Assembly (NCBI RefSeq): GCF_009914755.1
Contig: NC_060925.1
DNA: 64,000 nt
Origin: the human T2T-CHM13v2.0 reference genome, Homo sapiens
Reading direction: 5' to 3' (one strand)
Positions 1-11,799 of this stretch are shown piece by piece. The notes below the pieces were generated by a model, which saw nothing but the letters and a program-made list of their open reading frames with translations, searched no databases and was not told the origin of the DNA. The first letter of the stretch is position 1, and every line of letters begins with the position of its first letter. A program made the position numbers and the translations under genes.

Positions 1-82
1 TCTTGAACTCCTGACCTTGTGATCCATCCACCTTGGCCTCCCAAAGTGCTGGGATTACAGGCGTGAGCCACCTTGCCTGGCC
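1..82 (-). mobile_element. Alu, 5' end of left arm (truncated by window edge)
   Basis: ctcccaaagtgctgggattacaggcgtgagccacc...tggcc is the reverse complement of the Alu 5' end. Confidence 0.95.
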
Positions 83-124
83 CTGGGTATGTCTTTATTA
101 GCAACGTGAGAACAGACTAGTACA
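83..124 (+). mobile_element. THE1/MST MaLR LTR 3' terminus (interrupted by the Alu)
   Basis: gggtatgtctttattagcaacgtgagaacagactagtaca resembles the MaLR LTR end ...gactaataca. Confidence 0.75.
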
Positions 125-334
125 GCTTCCCAATGAACATCCAAATCTTGACGTGGTCCAGGTCCTCAGAGGACAAATTCAGAAGCATTTCTGGATCCCC
201 TAGGATGGGCAGAGTGGTGATCTTTGGGCAGGGCCAGGCTAGGGGGAGAGAAGGAAGGAAAAACAGTCACTTCTCACCGAACTAGTTTAAGAAGAGTTAT
301 AACCAGATAGAAAAGCCTCACTGGTCTCACTCTG

Positions 335-790
335 CTGGAGTTAGAGCCTAGCTCTGGGACTTAACCAGCTTTGGGGTCCTTCTGAGCCTTCCTATACTTA
401 TCCATAAAACGGGCTAAACCTACTTTATCAGATGTGTTCAGAGAATACATGACATAAAGCACTTCAAGCGCTCACAGCATTATGCCCTCATGCAGTAGGT
501 GTTCAACAAAAGGCAGATGTTATTATAGTTAGATTTCCTATAATGGCAGGCGGTGAGCTCTCCTGGGTGTGGCTTCCTGGTGACAAGCCCAGGTGTCTGA
601 CTTAAGGCACACTTGGCTCTGCACTTTCTAGCTGGGCGAACTTGTGTGTTTTCTGGTTTAAGTCATAATTTCTTTTCTGGTAACATGAGGATCGTACAGT
701 ACTTCCTCACAGGGTCTGGGGAAGGACCGGGCACTCAGAGCGTGCTCATTCGGTGTGACGATGGCTGCTCCTGTCATAGTCATTATAACC
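335..790 (+). mobile_element. Two degenerate MIR SINEs (~335-526, ~590-790)
   Basis: MIR-like core (ctgagcct...ccataaaacggg; gtaacatgaggat) and 3' ends (tagtaggtgttcaa...attat). Confidence 0.55.
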
Positions 791-2083
791 CACTGATGGG
801 GGGAACTAAACCAGCAGCTTCCCCATTCTGAACTTCAGCTTCCTTGTTCTATCTGGGAATCACAGTCCCTGCACCCGCAGCCACCCAGAATCACTGCAGT
901 CAGCAGATCCTATTGCTGACAAGCCTTCCTAAACTGTAGAGTGCTGGACCAATGTGGGCTCTGACGGTTAGGACCACAGAGGGTATGGAGGGTGGTGGTG
1001 GCCGTTCCTGGAGGCTGACTTGGCCTGCTCGAGATGGGAGGTGACTGTGATCCATGTACCCCCTGCATCCTGGAAGACACTGGGAAGTCATTATGGGTGC
1101 AGGGGACCAACTGTAGAGCTTTAGGCCTCTGTTCCTGCTGGGGCCTGGCCAGGGAATCTCTTGGGCCAGAGTTTGGCCTCCTTGGCCTGCACTTGAGATC
1201 AGCAAACTCCTGAATCTCAGGGGTCCAGGTAAGGAAAGAAAACCCCGTGACTCGGCCCTCTCCCGTTTTAGCACGGCCAGCCTCAGCCTCCTTTCTCCAC
1301 AGAGTCCCTACGGGGCCCTCCCAACCTCCACTGGCATGAACGAGAAGGGAAAGCCAGCATTCACACAATGCCTGCTGTATAGAGCAGGTGCTTCTCTAGG
1401 CACTATTACCATCCCCATGCCGCAGAGGAGCAAGCAGAGGTGGCTTGCGGGGATGGTGCTGTGAATGACCCTTGGAGATAGGTCACCAGCCCAGGCCTGC
1501 CTGATTCCAACATCGTGCCCTGTATTCTGAGCCTGCAAATGCCAGCTTGAGTCCCAGAACTCTACCCAGGCCACCAAAAGCCTTATTTACCTTCCCCCCG
1601 GCCCACTTTCCTGGGCTTATCAGGCAGAGGCCGAAGCAGCTGCTCACATTGCAAGCGCCCATTCCAAGTATCCCACCGGTGACAGGAGAACAAACAAGCC
1701 TGAACCCTCAGCAATCCCCTGGCTGAGAGGCCTGCCAGAGTTTTCAAAGGCGAGGAAAACTATGAAACGGGGTTAAACAAACACATGTTTGAAAGGAAAA
1801 CAGATGCCAGACAGATGTGCTCCCAACTTACACTGATACAGTCTCGCGTGGCGGTGGGAGGAGGCCAAATATTTATGAAGCATTTACTGCAAAAGGCAAA
1901 GCGGTGGAGCAAAGGCACAGAGGCTTGAAATCAAGCAGATGAAGCAGACCTGGGTTGGAATTCCAGATCCCCTTGGAGGGCTGTGTGACCTTGGGCAGGG
2001 CACTTAACGTCTCTGAGCCTCTGTTTTCTCATCTGCAAAAGGGGATCATCATACCCTTCCTATAGAGCAAACTTCTTAATATA

Positions 2084-2821
2084 CAGGTGGTCCCTAACTT
2101 ACAATGATTCGATTTCCTGTTTTTCTTTCTTTCTTTTTCCTTTTCCTTTTCTTTTTTTGAGACAGGGTGTCACTCTATCACCTAGGCTGGAGTGCAGTGG
2201 CATGATCACAACTCACAACTCACTGCAGCCTCAACTTCCCAGGCTAGGGCGATCCTCTCACCTCAACCTCCTGAGTAGCTGGGACTACAGGCACGTGCCA
2301 CCACATGTGCCTGTATTTTTGTATTTTTTTGTAGAGACAAGGTCTTGCCATGTTTCCCAGGCTGGTCTGAAGCTCCTGAGCTCCAGCAATCTGCCTGCCT
2401 CTGCCTCCCCAAGTCTGGGATTACAGGTGTGAGCCACCGCACCTGGCCCAATTTGCCATTTTTCTACTTTACGTTAATGGTGTGAAAGCAATAGCCATTT
2501 GGTAGAAACCATCCTTTGAATTTTGAATTTTGATGCAGTGGGAAACTCCCTAGCAGTGCCAGACAGCATTAGGGAGCTGCAGCTCCCAGTCACCCATGCC
2601 ATCAGGACAGTGATACACTGATACCCTGCAGCTTACTGTGGTGCAAAGTGGTTTTGCCCAATATATGCCGTTGTAAGTGTTCTGAGCACGTTTCAGGTCA
2701 GCTAGGCTAAGCTTTGATGCTCTGTAGGTTAGGTGTACTAAATACATTTTTGACTTAGGATATTTTCAACTTAAGATTGGTTAATTGGGATGTAACTCCA
2801 CTGTAAGTTGAGGAGCGTCTG
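2084..2821 (-). mobile_element. MER47B-like TcMar-Tigger DNA transposon (contains an Alu)
   Basis: TIRs caggtggtccctaacttacaatg ... ctgtaagttgaggagcgtctg; internal gctaggctaagct...gtaggttaggtgta typical of MER47. Confidence 0.85.
2119..2448 (-). mobile_element. AluJ
   Basis: T-rich tail, gagacagggt..cactctatcacctaggctggagtgcagtggcatgatc, cactgcagcctcaac (J-type). Confidence 0.92.
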
Positions 2822-4199
2822 CATATTAGGGACATAGCGTGGGGCCTGACATATGATAGGTGCTCAGTAAATGTTAGTTTCATTCCCTTTATTAGAGGGT
2901 TTAGCAAGCTGAGATATGAGACCGTATTCACCCTCTAAACCAGGCCAAAAGGAAGGAGCCGCTCTCCTGGGGACAATGATGGTAAGTGAGGTCCAGAAGG
3001 CAGAAGGGTTGAAACCCAGAGGAGTCTTTGGACTTGGGGGACCAGGATCATGTTCTGTGAACAGTGATGGTGTCACATTGGGGGTGGTAGACGGAGGGTG
3101 AGTTGGAGTTGGCCATGCAGGATTTGGACATGGGGAGGTTAAATTAATCCCCAGTCATTCTAGGGTGATTCTTCTGAATGAAAGATGTTTCCATGGGGCT
3201 TGGGGGCACAGTGGCAGAGGCCGGGTATCGTATTCTGGGGTTAAGACCTTGGACAAATCTGCTTCACTTCTGTGAGCCCGTTTCCTAAACTATAAAGGGA
3301 GAATCATGATATTTACCTTCTGGAATTGTTGGGCAAAAAAGAAAAAAAAAAGGCAATGTGGCAGGCCGGTGGTGACTACTCAGAATAGTGGTTGTTATTG
3401 GTGGTGGTGTTAATGTCGCAGGAGGAGGTATGGCAGATGGGGTGGTGGACAGAGGATGAGTTGCAGAAGGGATAAAAGAGAAAGAGGTGAGAGGGTGGAG
3501 GGAGGAGTTAGTGCAGGATGGGAGGATGGATGTATCTGCCTCTAAATCCCAATTTCTTTGGCACTTGCCGGGAGGCGGTTTCTTTTGCAAACCATGACAC
3601 ATTTGCACAGGGTTAGAGCAGATCCCCAAGGCTCTGGACAAGGCTGCACAGCTACATTTCAGGTACATCGGTCTCGGTTTCCCCAGCAGGAGACAAGGCT
3701 CCTGAGATAAGCCTATGCTGTCCTTTTCATCCACTCTATTTGTGCTAGAGACCTGCATTTTTCCAACTTCCCTGCAACCCCATTGGTGCAGCCAGCATTG
3801 GTGGGTGGGAAAAGGCCCCCCAAGCTCCTGCCCAGCGCCTCTTTGGGGTGGGAGAAGGGAAGGAACAGAAGTGCCCACCAATGTCTTCTCTGACTTCACT
3901 GTGTCTTCACAGCCTAGGGGCACTGATGGATTTAGCTAAGTGCTCATAACTTCCAAACCAAAAGTCAGAGCTCAGGATCTAACAATAACGGGTGTTTTCC
4001 AATTCCTGAAAAATGATTTATATGAAAAGGGAAATACCGTGATAGCCATCATTTATATGAAATGCAATTTAGTTACTGATTTGGTGAATTACTGGACCAC
4101 AATGAACGTGAAAAGAAGTAGAGAATCCACCAATGGGAGACTGCCCAGTGGCTGACACGTGGAGGATAATGATGATGACAAGAATGATAGAACAGCATA

Positions 4200-4363
4200 C
4201 TAGCTCCATCTGTATAGCATTCTACATGGCATGTATTATGACTGCTCCCTTGTACAGATGAGGAAACTGAGGCATAGGCAAGGTAAGTAACTTACTCAAG
4301 GGTTTAGGACTAATAAGTAGCAGAGTTGAGATTTCAGCCTGGGTTTGACTGACTCCAGGGCAC
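4200..4363 (-). mobile_element. MIR
   Basis: tacagatgaggaaactgaggc...aagtaacttactcaagg core. Confidence 0.85.
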
Positions 4364-4366
4364 AAG

Positions 4367-4550
4367 TTTTTCCCTTCCTTGCTCCTTCCCTCTCCCCTTT
4401 CCTTCTTTCTTCCCTCCCTCTCTTCCTTCCTTCTGACCCCCTTCTTTCCTTCCTTTCATTCTTCTCCTTACCTCCTTTGCTGTCCTTCCCTTTCCTGTCT
4501 TTCCCTCCCTCCATCCATCTTTCCTTTTTATCCTTTTCTCTCCTTTCTTT
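4367..4550. repeat. CT-rich polypyrimidine low-complexity tract
   Basis: ~180 bp of degenerate ttcc/cttt units. Confidence 0.9.
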
Positions 4551-4559
4551 CAATCGGAT

Positions 4560-4830
4560 ATTGATAAATTGCCCTCTACAGAGGTTGTACAATTTACGCT
4601 CCCCCCAGCAATGTTGGAGAGCCTCACCCTGTTCTCCCACAGGCTTGCCAAACACGGTGTCAGCAAACACACACCTTAGGAAATGTTGCCCGTCTGATCA
4701 GTGCAATTTTAACTGATCGTGAAGGAGGTTGAGCATCTTTTCATATATTGATGGGCAATTTGTATTTCTTTCTTCGCGATTATCTTTCATACTTTTTGCC
4801 CATATTTGTTCCTTTGTTGGTATTTTTTCT
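4560..4830 (-). mobile_element. Old L1 (L1M/L1ME) fragment
   Basis: ggttgtacaatttacgctccccccagcaatg...ggttgagcatcttttcatat, L1 ORF2 3' region in reverse. Confidence 0.75.
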
Positions 4831-5221
4831 TTTATATATATATATATTTATTATACTTTAAGTTCTAGGGTACATGTGCACAATGTGCAGGTTTGTTACA
4901 TATGTATACATGTACCATGTTGGTTTGCTGCACCCATTAACTCGTCATTTACATTAGGTATATTTCCTAATGCTATCCCTCCCCCCTCCCCCCACCCCAC
5001 AACAGGCCCTAGTGTGTGATGTTCCCCTTCCTGTGTCCAAGTGTTCTCATTGTTCAATTCCCACCTGTGAGTGAGAACATGCGGTGTTTGGTTTTTTGTC
5101 CTTGCAATAGTTTGCTGAGAATGATGGTTTCCAGCTGCATCCATGTCCCTACGAAGGATATGAACTCATCATTTTTTGTGGCTGCGTGGTATTTCATGGT
5201 GTATATGTGCCACATTTTCTT
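4831..5221 (-). mobile_element. L1PA (primate, ~L1PA3-5) 5'-truncated 3' end
   Basis: ttatactttaagttctagggtacatgtgcacaatgtgcagg, C-rich tract; ORF 5054..5260 gives the ORF2 C-terminus (MWHIYTMKYHAATKNDEF...WMQLETIILSKL). Confidence 0.95.
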
Positions 5222-5274
5222 CACAATTTCTAGGAACTTTTCATATGTTGAGGATAACATTCATAATAGGAGTC

Positions 5275-6275
5275 TGTATTTCTTGGCTAGGGCTGCCATA
5301 GCAAAATACCACAAACTGGGTGGTTTAAACAACAGAAATGGTTTTTCCCACAGTTCTGGATGCTGGAAGTCCAAGATCAAGGTGCTGGCAGCGTTGGTTT
5401 CTTGTGTGGCCTCTCTCCTGGACTTGCGGATGGTCACCTTTTTGCGGAGTCCTCACATGGTCTTTCCTCTGTGCATGGCAATTTCTGGTGTCTCTTGTGC
5501 CTCCAAATTATTTCTTCTTATAAGGACACTAGTCAGAGCAGATTAGGGTCCACCCTAACAGCCTCATTTTAGGCCAATTACTTCTCTAAAGGCCCTACAT
5601 CCAAACACAGTCACATTCTGAGGTCCCGGGGATTAGGGCTTCAAATAAGAATTTTGAGGGAACACTTCTCAGCCTGTAAAGAGTAAAGTAGAGGTTCTTC
5701 TTCAAAGACTTTCCTCCCCATCTAATTAAGAATAAATAGTAACTTCTCTTAGAGGCAAAATTTGTTCAAAGACCTGTGCTAACATCCTTAAATATCTGCT
5801 AGCCGTAATAAAGAAATCAATTGCACTTTATGTTCTTAGCTCCCACAATTTAGCCTAAATATTTGCCCTGGCATGTTTATACCAGTCCAAGCAAGCATTA
5901 AGTCATAGCCTGTTCCTCTTCCTTATTTAAAAGTGTTTTTATCTTTCTCAGCATTCCACAAGTTACTTCCTCCTTCCTTTGTTCTCTTCTGCTTTTGCCT
6001 CTTTTAAAAAGTTCTAAGTTGCTAGCCAATCAGGACAAATACAAAATGTGAGGTCCCATTCCAGCCAGTAGAAACCAGACACAGCAGTAAGGTAGATGTG
6101 TCAGGTTATAAACGACCCTGTCTCCTTTGTTCAGTGTACTCTCGTGGTAAAACTGCTAGCAAGTGTACCCTTTCTGCAGAAAGTAAAAATGGCCTTGCTG
6201 AAGAAATTAAATTTATGTTCAAGTGCTATTTCTTTACAGAACCAGGGAACAAGCATTCCTAACAAGCCACTAACA
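5275..6275 (-). mobile_element. MLT1A-type MaLR solo LTR (interrupted near one end by LTR10C)
   Basis: tgtatt...ggctgccatagcaaaataccacaaactgggtggtttaaacaacagaa...taaca; perfect 5-bp TSD GAGTC at 5270-5274 and 6276-6280. Confidence 0.9.
5675..6264 (+). mobile_element. LTR10C-like ERV1 (HERV-I) solo LTR
   Basis: TG...CA termini, 4-bp TSD AGCC (5671-5674 / 6265-6268), CCAAT and TATAAA motifs; start gtaaagtagaggtt..ttcaaagactttcctccccatctaatt matches recalled LTR10C. Confidence 0.82.
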
Positions 6276-6469
6276 GAGTCCCACATATCTTTTTTTCTGA
6301 GCTTGCTTTTAAAAAAAATTTTACCTTGTATATTTTCTCCCTACCCTATGCAGTATAGCCTCCTCAAGTCTCCAAATTTGAATATCTGAAATCAGCTTTG
6401 CTCCAGAAAACTGAGTGTTTATCTTTGCCTGGTTTCCCCTAATTTGTCTTCAGAGACAGCTTGATCCAG

Positions 6470-6720
6470 AGGAAAGGGTGTGATGGGCTTTGGAGTCACT
6501 TTGACCTCCCTGGCCTGAAGTCCTGGCAATTCGCACAGCCGCAGGGTGACCTTGGGCAAGTCACTCTATCTGAGACGCTGAGTCTCTTTTCTATAAACGA
6601 CACTAATAATAGCTAGCTGGCAGAGCTGCTGTGAGGACGAAATGAGATGATATCTCTAGAACGCGTAGCTCCGTGTCTGGCCCGTCACCAGGGTTCAGTA
6701 TGCTGCAACCATTGCGATTT
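6470..6720 (+). mobile_element. MIR
   Basis: gtgaccttgggcaagtcact...gtgaggacgaaatgagatgat. Confidence 0.8.
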
Positions 6721-7399
6721 TCTTTATGAATAACAGCTCGTATTTATCAAGCATCCATGGCACCGAGGGCCTGAGGGGAAGGGGGATGCAGAGTGGGGTC
6801 TGTCCAGGCATCTGCTCTCAGGGACTCATGGTCAGGACCATGACCTGGAATGCATGGGCCAGGCCCTGCTGTCCTTCAAAGCCCAAATGGGGAAGGGAGA
6901 CTCATATCTGAGCCTTGTAAGTGGAAGAGGATTTTCACAGGTAGGAAGGAGGGGTGTGGGAGAGGGCATTGCAGTGGGAAGGCCCAGGATGTCCCAGAGC
7001 AGGGAGGCAGGAAAGGAGAGATCACCTTCATTGGATCACAAGGCATCTCTGTCTACTCGAGAGTTTCTGGTTTGAAAGTGGGAGGCAGCGTGGAGACTCT
7101 GTTGTGGAAACAGGAACCGTCTTTACCTGAAACAGGCAGAACACACAAGTGTTTGATGGAGTTTGACTGTGAGGCCACAAGTGCTTGCAGAGGGAAGGGG
7201 CACGGGGTGAGCAGATGATGTTCACGCTACACATCGCTGGCTGAGCCTGAGCTTTCAGGGAGCAAGGGCTCTGCTGGCACGGATCGCAGAGGGCTTGAGA
7301 AGGGTGTATCTGAAGCAAGAGTGCTGGATGATCAGAGACATCCCCAAGAAGTGGGGATTGGTCCAAGGGCCCATGCTGGATAGAGGTGGCTCAGTGCCT

Positions 7400-7570
7400 G
7401 GCCCTTTACCTCATCTAATGCTAACTGCAAACCTGCAAGGTAGATATGACCGGCCTTATTGTACAGAGGAGGAAACCAAGACTTGAAAAGGTGAAATTGT
7501 TTACCCAAAGTCCAACTAGGAACTAGGTGGAGGAGCTGAGCTTAGAACCTGGGGAGCCTAAATTCTCTGC
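7400..7570 (-). mobile_element. MIR
   Basis: tacagaggaggaaaccaagact...tttacccaaagtc. Confidence 0.7.
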
Positions 7571-8789
7571 ATGCACCCCCATGCTGGTTAGAAAAGGGTC
7601 TTGGGTGGTGGTGACCCCAGTGAAAGTGATCCCTGTGGAAAGGCTTAGTGCCCTCCACCACCCACCTGCCTTGCCAAGTTCCCTCCTTTCCCACCGTGAG
7701 TGGATTAGGCTGAGAAGGCGTGGGGTTTATGGTGAGCCCACTCTAGAGAAAAGGGCCCCGTCCACCCTTTCCTTCTGCTGCTGGAACCTCATTGCATACC
7801 TCCACCCTCGTGATCTGCTGGGGTGGGGGAGCCTATTTGGGACCTCACCTCCATCCCCACTCCTGCTGTACAGGGGAGAGAAGGGTCCCCACTGAACACT
7901 CTCTGTTCCCCACAGCAAGTGCAGTTGTGTGGCCAGGGCACTCTCAGGTTCCCGGCGCCCTGGGTGCCACTCCGAAGTGTCTGGCTCCTCTCCACAGATC
8001 CCAGGGCCAGCTCCTCCTGCACGTTCCTCATTCTTCTCCCTGCTCCACGTGCGCCACAAACACCTTGATCACCTCTACCGCAGGAACACCTGCTCTCCTT
8101 TTAATGACCACATTCATGGAAGGAGAACAACCAGCTTAGCATCATGGTCCAAAATGTCCCCCAGGGGCTGGACAGGACCTTGGGAGTCCAGCAGGACCAC
8201 CCTGCTGCCTTTGGGGTGGGGGTGGGGTGAAGACACGTTAAACCCTCTGAACTGCAAGGAGGGTCTCTGTTGCTGCCAGAGCCCCCTCCTCGTCACTCTG
8301 CTCACCAAGGAAGAGCATCTGGCCATTAACTTATATATAATAACCCTTAAACGCTGCCATTAAGTCACCTCTCATTCTTTTAAACTACCCAGGAAGGGAG
8401 TTCAGGGTGATATACGGAGGCTTTTATGGCTGGTACTGGGCAGCTTAAGGACTTAGCAGCACACTGAACACACACATTGTTGCATAAATAAGAACCACTG
8501 TAATATCAAAGCATCACTCAGCTCCATGCCTGAGTTTCTCAGCAGCACAGAACCAACATCCTGCACCCTGGGTCATCGTCACTTAGACAAGGGGACCTGA
8601 GGACAGGGTCATTGCCTCAGAGCTGGACCACTGAATCCCATGATGTTACCACTGCTAGATGCACCAGGAGACCCTGTCACTTTATCGCCTGTCCCTCTCT
8701 CCTTCTTTCACTCAGCCTTCTCCTTAATTACGCCTTATGTTGCAAGGGGCAGGGGATGGAAGAAGAAAGGAATCGCTCCCTATCCGAAT

Positions 8790-8955
8790 TAACCTGCTGC
8801 ATGCCAGGCACTTTACACATATTATCTCATGAAATGCTCGATTGTACACAGTAGTAAAGGTGTTATTGCTCATTTATAGCTGGAGAGACTCAGTAACTTG
8901 TCCAAGGTCACCCAGCTTGTAAGTGACAAAGCTGGGATTTGAACCCTGCCTATGG
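8790..8955 (-). mobile_element. MIR
   Basis: tgccaggcactttacacatattatctcat...taacttgtccaaggtcacccagct...gggatttgaaccc. Confidence 0.85.
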
Positions 8956-10649
8956 CCCTTGCATATATGTCATTTGCAGTAAACACGGGGTTCTGGGGCC
9001 GGAGGGGAGCAGGTGCTGGTGCAGGTGGACAGCCCCGAGGGGCCCCGAAGAGCCCTGTGTGTGGAGGCTTTGAAATCAGGAGTAGGGGGCTCAGAGTGTC
9101 TGTCTGGGTTTGCAGACAAGGGCACAGCACTAACCTGTGGCTGCTCGCCTGCGTGGCTATGCTCACCTAGGAGCACCCACTTGGCAAATGGACAGTGTTA
9201 ATATTTAATGAGTGATGATGACTTTGGGGGAATTGCTGTTTACTCCCTCAGAGAAAGGCTCAGAATTCACATTGGGCCCCAATGGCCCAGGCAGAGACTC
9301 CCCAGATCAGATCCCCACCAGCTGGATCCGCCATGGAGGCCCATCTGCGAAGTAGCTTTGGCGAGCGGGATCCAGTGTCAGGTCCTGAGGGTGGAGGAAG
9401 AGCAGGGAACTGGGAAGTGGGGCCCCTGTGCTTGGGGAATTCCACTCATGCCTGGGAGTGGTTGAAGACGAAGCCCAGGCGTATTTCTTTCTTCCACCAT
9501 TCCTCTAACCCCCGTCTTGCCCACGCTAACTGGGATGCCAACCGTGGTGCTGGGGTCCTCTGCTCTTTCCAATTCACAAGGGTGGCCCAAGCATTCCAGG
9601 GCTAATTCCACTTCCTCATAAGACCCCAAGGAAATCACATACCCTGGCTGCTTCCGCCCCATGTGAGGATGGCGGCACAGGTGGCCGAGTTAGCGAGTGT
9701 CTTTGCTGATGGCTGAAGCCCCCTGCCCCCAGCCCAGGGTAGGGAGTTCTCACTGGCAGTCAGATGTGCCTGATTAACAGAAATGAAAGATGGGCTAATT
9801 GCTGCTGAATATGAGCCGCTTGTTTGGTAGGGAGAGCAGGGTTTTCAAATCATGGAGTCCTGGGGGTGCGGGGAAGGACTGTCCTTGGGGCTCCTGGTCC
9901 ACAGTGTGGTACTTGGCCCACAGAGATGAGCTGCCTGTTGATGGGGGAGGCAGACAGGCTGGAAAATGCGTGGACCATAAGACAGGAGTGGAGCAGGGTT
10001 TTTTGGCGGGGGAGGGGATCTCTTACTCTGCAGGAGATGGAACCGGGAGAAGTTCAACAGAGCAGCGGTGCCAACGAGGTATGGCAGGTGGCCATGAAGG
10101 CCACAGATCTTGGGACCAAGTGCATCTGTGTTCAAGCCCAGGATCTGTCACAAGCCCCAGCCCACAGCAGGCGCCCAGGAAGTGGTAGCTGTGAGTGCCC
10201 TCATTGTGGAGAAGGTAAGGAGGGCATTCCAGTTATAGGGAGCCACATGGGCAAAGGCATCACTGGACCTTGATGCTGCATTTGGGGGATCCTGTGCCAG
10301 GATTAAAGGATGCCAGTGGCAGGGGCAGGGGAGGAAGTGAGGTCAGAAAGAGAGATTCTTGGGAACCAGACAGCTAGCTAAGGAATGGGGTCTTATGAAG
10401 CCAGTGACCATTTCTGAGTAGGGATTCTAGAATCCAGATTTGTATAAGACAAATCGGTGGCTCCCAAATGGCCAACTTTGAACCCCTGCTGGCTGGCTAT
10501 AGGCCCCAAAGACCTCATTTGGATAATACATTAATATACAGAGTGCCAGGTCCCACTTCCAGAGAGTCTGATTCAATAGGTAAGAATGCCTAATATGTAT
10601 TAAATGTCTTCTGCTTGCTGATTTTATCCTATATATTTTACTTTTTTGT

Positions 10650-10840
10650 TTAACTAATGTAATCCTCACAAGAATCCTATGGGAATAGGTACTGTTATTG
10701 TCCCCATCTTACAGATGGAGGAAGTAAAGCACAGAGAGGTTAAGCAACTTGCTCAAGTTGGCACAGCAGCAATTGTCAGAGCTGGGATTTGAACGTACAC
10801 TGCCTGACTCTGGAGTCCATGCTTTAAAGCACACTGCTAT
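10650..10840 (-). mobile_element. MIR
   Basis: ccccatcttacagatggaggaagtaaagcacagagaggttaagcaacttgctcaag. Confidence 0.9.
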
Positions 10841-11579
10841 CCCGGTTCTGATGAAGGCTGAGGAAATCTCACTTGGCTGGGCACACGCCCTCCTGTCCAT
10901 GATTCTTCCAGGCTGCAGATTTGAGACTCATGATCATTGTCAACCAGTGGTCTTACATTCAGAGAAGACAGTGGTCAGGGTAGGTTGCACCTTCAGGAAG
11001 GGCTTCATGGAGCAGGTGGACTTAAGAGGGTCAGGTTATGGTGGATGCAGGGAATCAGAGAGGAGGACAATCTGGGTGAGAGGCACAGCATGAACAAAAG
11101 CAAGGAAACAGCAGACATGCAGGCCCGTCGGGGAGGCTGCCTGTGGAAGGACCTGGGAGTGAGACTAGGTGTGTGGAATGAGCTTGGAAGACACTGTCTG
11201 GAGCAAGTGTCTCGGTGTCTTGTAGCATGCTGGCCTCACTCTCATGCCAGTAATTGTAAGCCCTCAAGATGCCTTCATTTCCAGAGCCACCCTAGGCTCA
11301 GTGAGAATTGAGCCATGATTAAAAGGTCAGTCCAGAGAGGAGGCATTCACAGATTCACAATCCTCCCAAATGAAGACTCATCCTTAGGGCCTGATGGGAT
11401 CCCTGGGGTCAGAGGGCTGGGGTCAGAGGGCTGCAGGGCAGAACCAAGGCCAGGGCACCCATAGCAACCTGGAGGGGAAATCGCTCCCCTCTCTGCTCTG
11501 GAACAGGAAGTGCCTGAAGGTCCACGATTCCTGGCAAGGGCTAAGTAATAATAGGTAAGGAAATAGTCATGCTGAGGAA

Positions 11580-11790
11580 GGGGTGTAGCAGAGCAGCTAG
11601 GAACTCAGTCCCCAGCGTCAGAAAGTTTTCATTCTGGCTCTGCTGCTCACTAGCCACGAGTGACTTTTCCTCTCCAAGCCTCAGTTTCCTCTGCTGTAAA
11701 TCAAGAATTAATCATGCTAGAGTTGTCATGCAGAACCATTGAGATAATGCACAATGCTTATCACAAGCACTTAATAAACAAAAGCCTTCA
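11580..11790 (+). mobile_element. MIR
   Basis: gcctcagtttcctctgctgtaaa core. Confidence 0.75.
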
Positions 11791-11799
11791 TTCTTATTT

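Larger units (their letters stand above)
1900..2880 (+). mobile_element. MIR split by MER47B insertion (~1900-2065 and ~2822-2880)
   Basis: ctgtgtgaccttgggcagggcacttaacgtctctgagcctctgttttctcatctgcaaaa core; 3' half ggcctgacatatgataggtgctcagtaaatgttag resumes after the transposon. Confidence 0.8.

Noticed and set aside
3285-3923. Longest ORF (212 aa, minus strand)
   Set aside because: Runs through low-complexity purine-rich DNA and a MIR fragment; no recognisable domain or exon structure
4296-4716. R/K/E/G-rich and L/S/F/P-rich ORFs
   Set aside because: Translations of the CT-rich simple repeat
4896-5260. ORFs resembling a real protein C-terminus
   Set aside because: L1 ORF2 end/3' UTR of a 5'-truncated L1PA, not a gene
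9321-9376. Imperfect hairpin gctggatcc...ggatccagt
   Set aside because: Only ~9-bp closing stem plus bulged pairing; too weak to call a pre-miRNA
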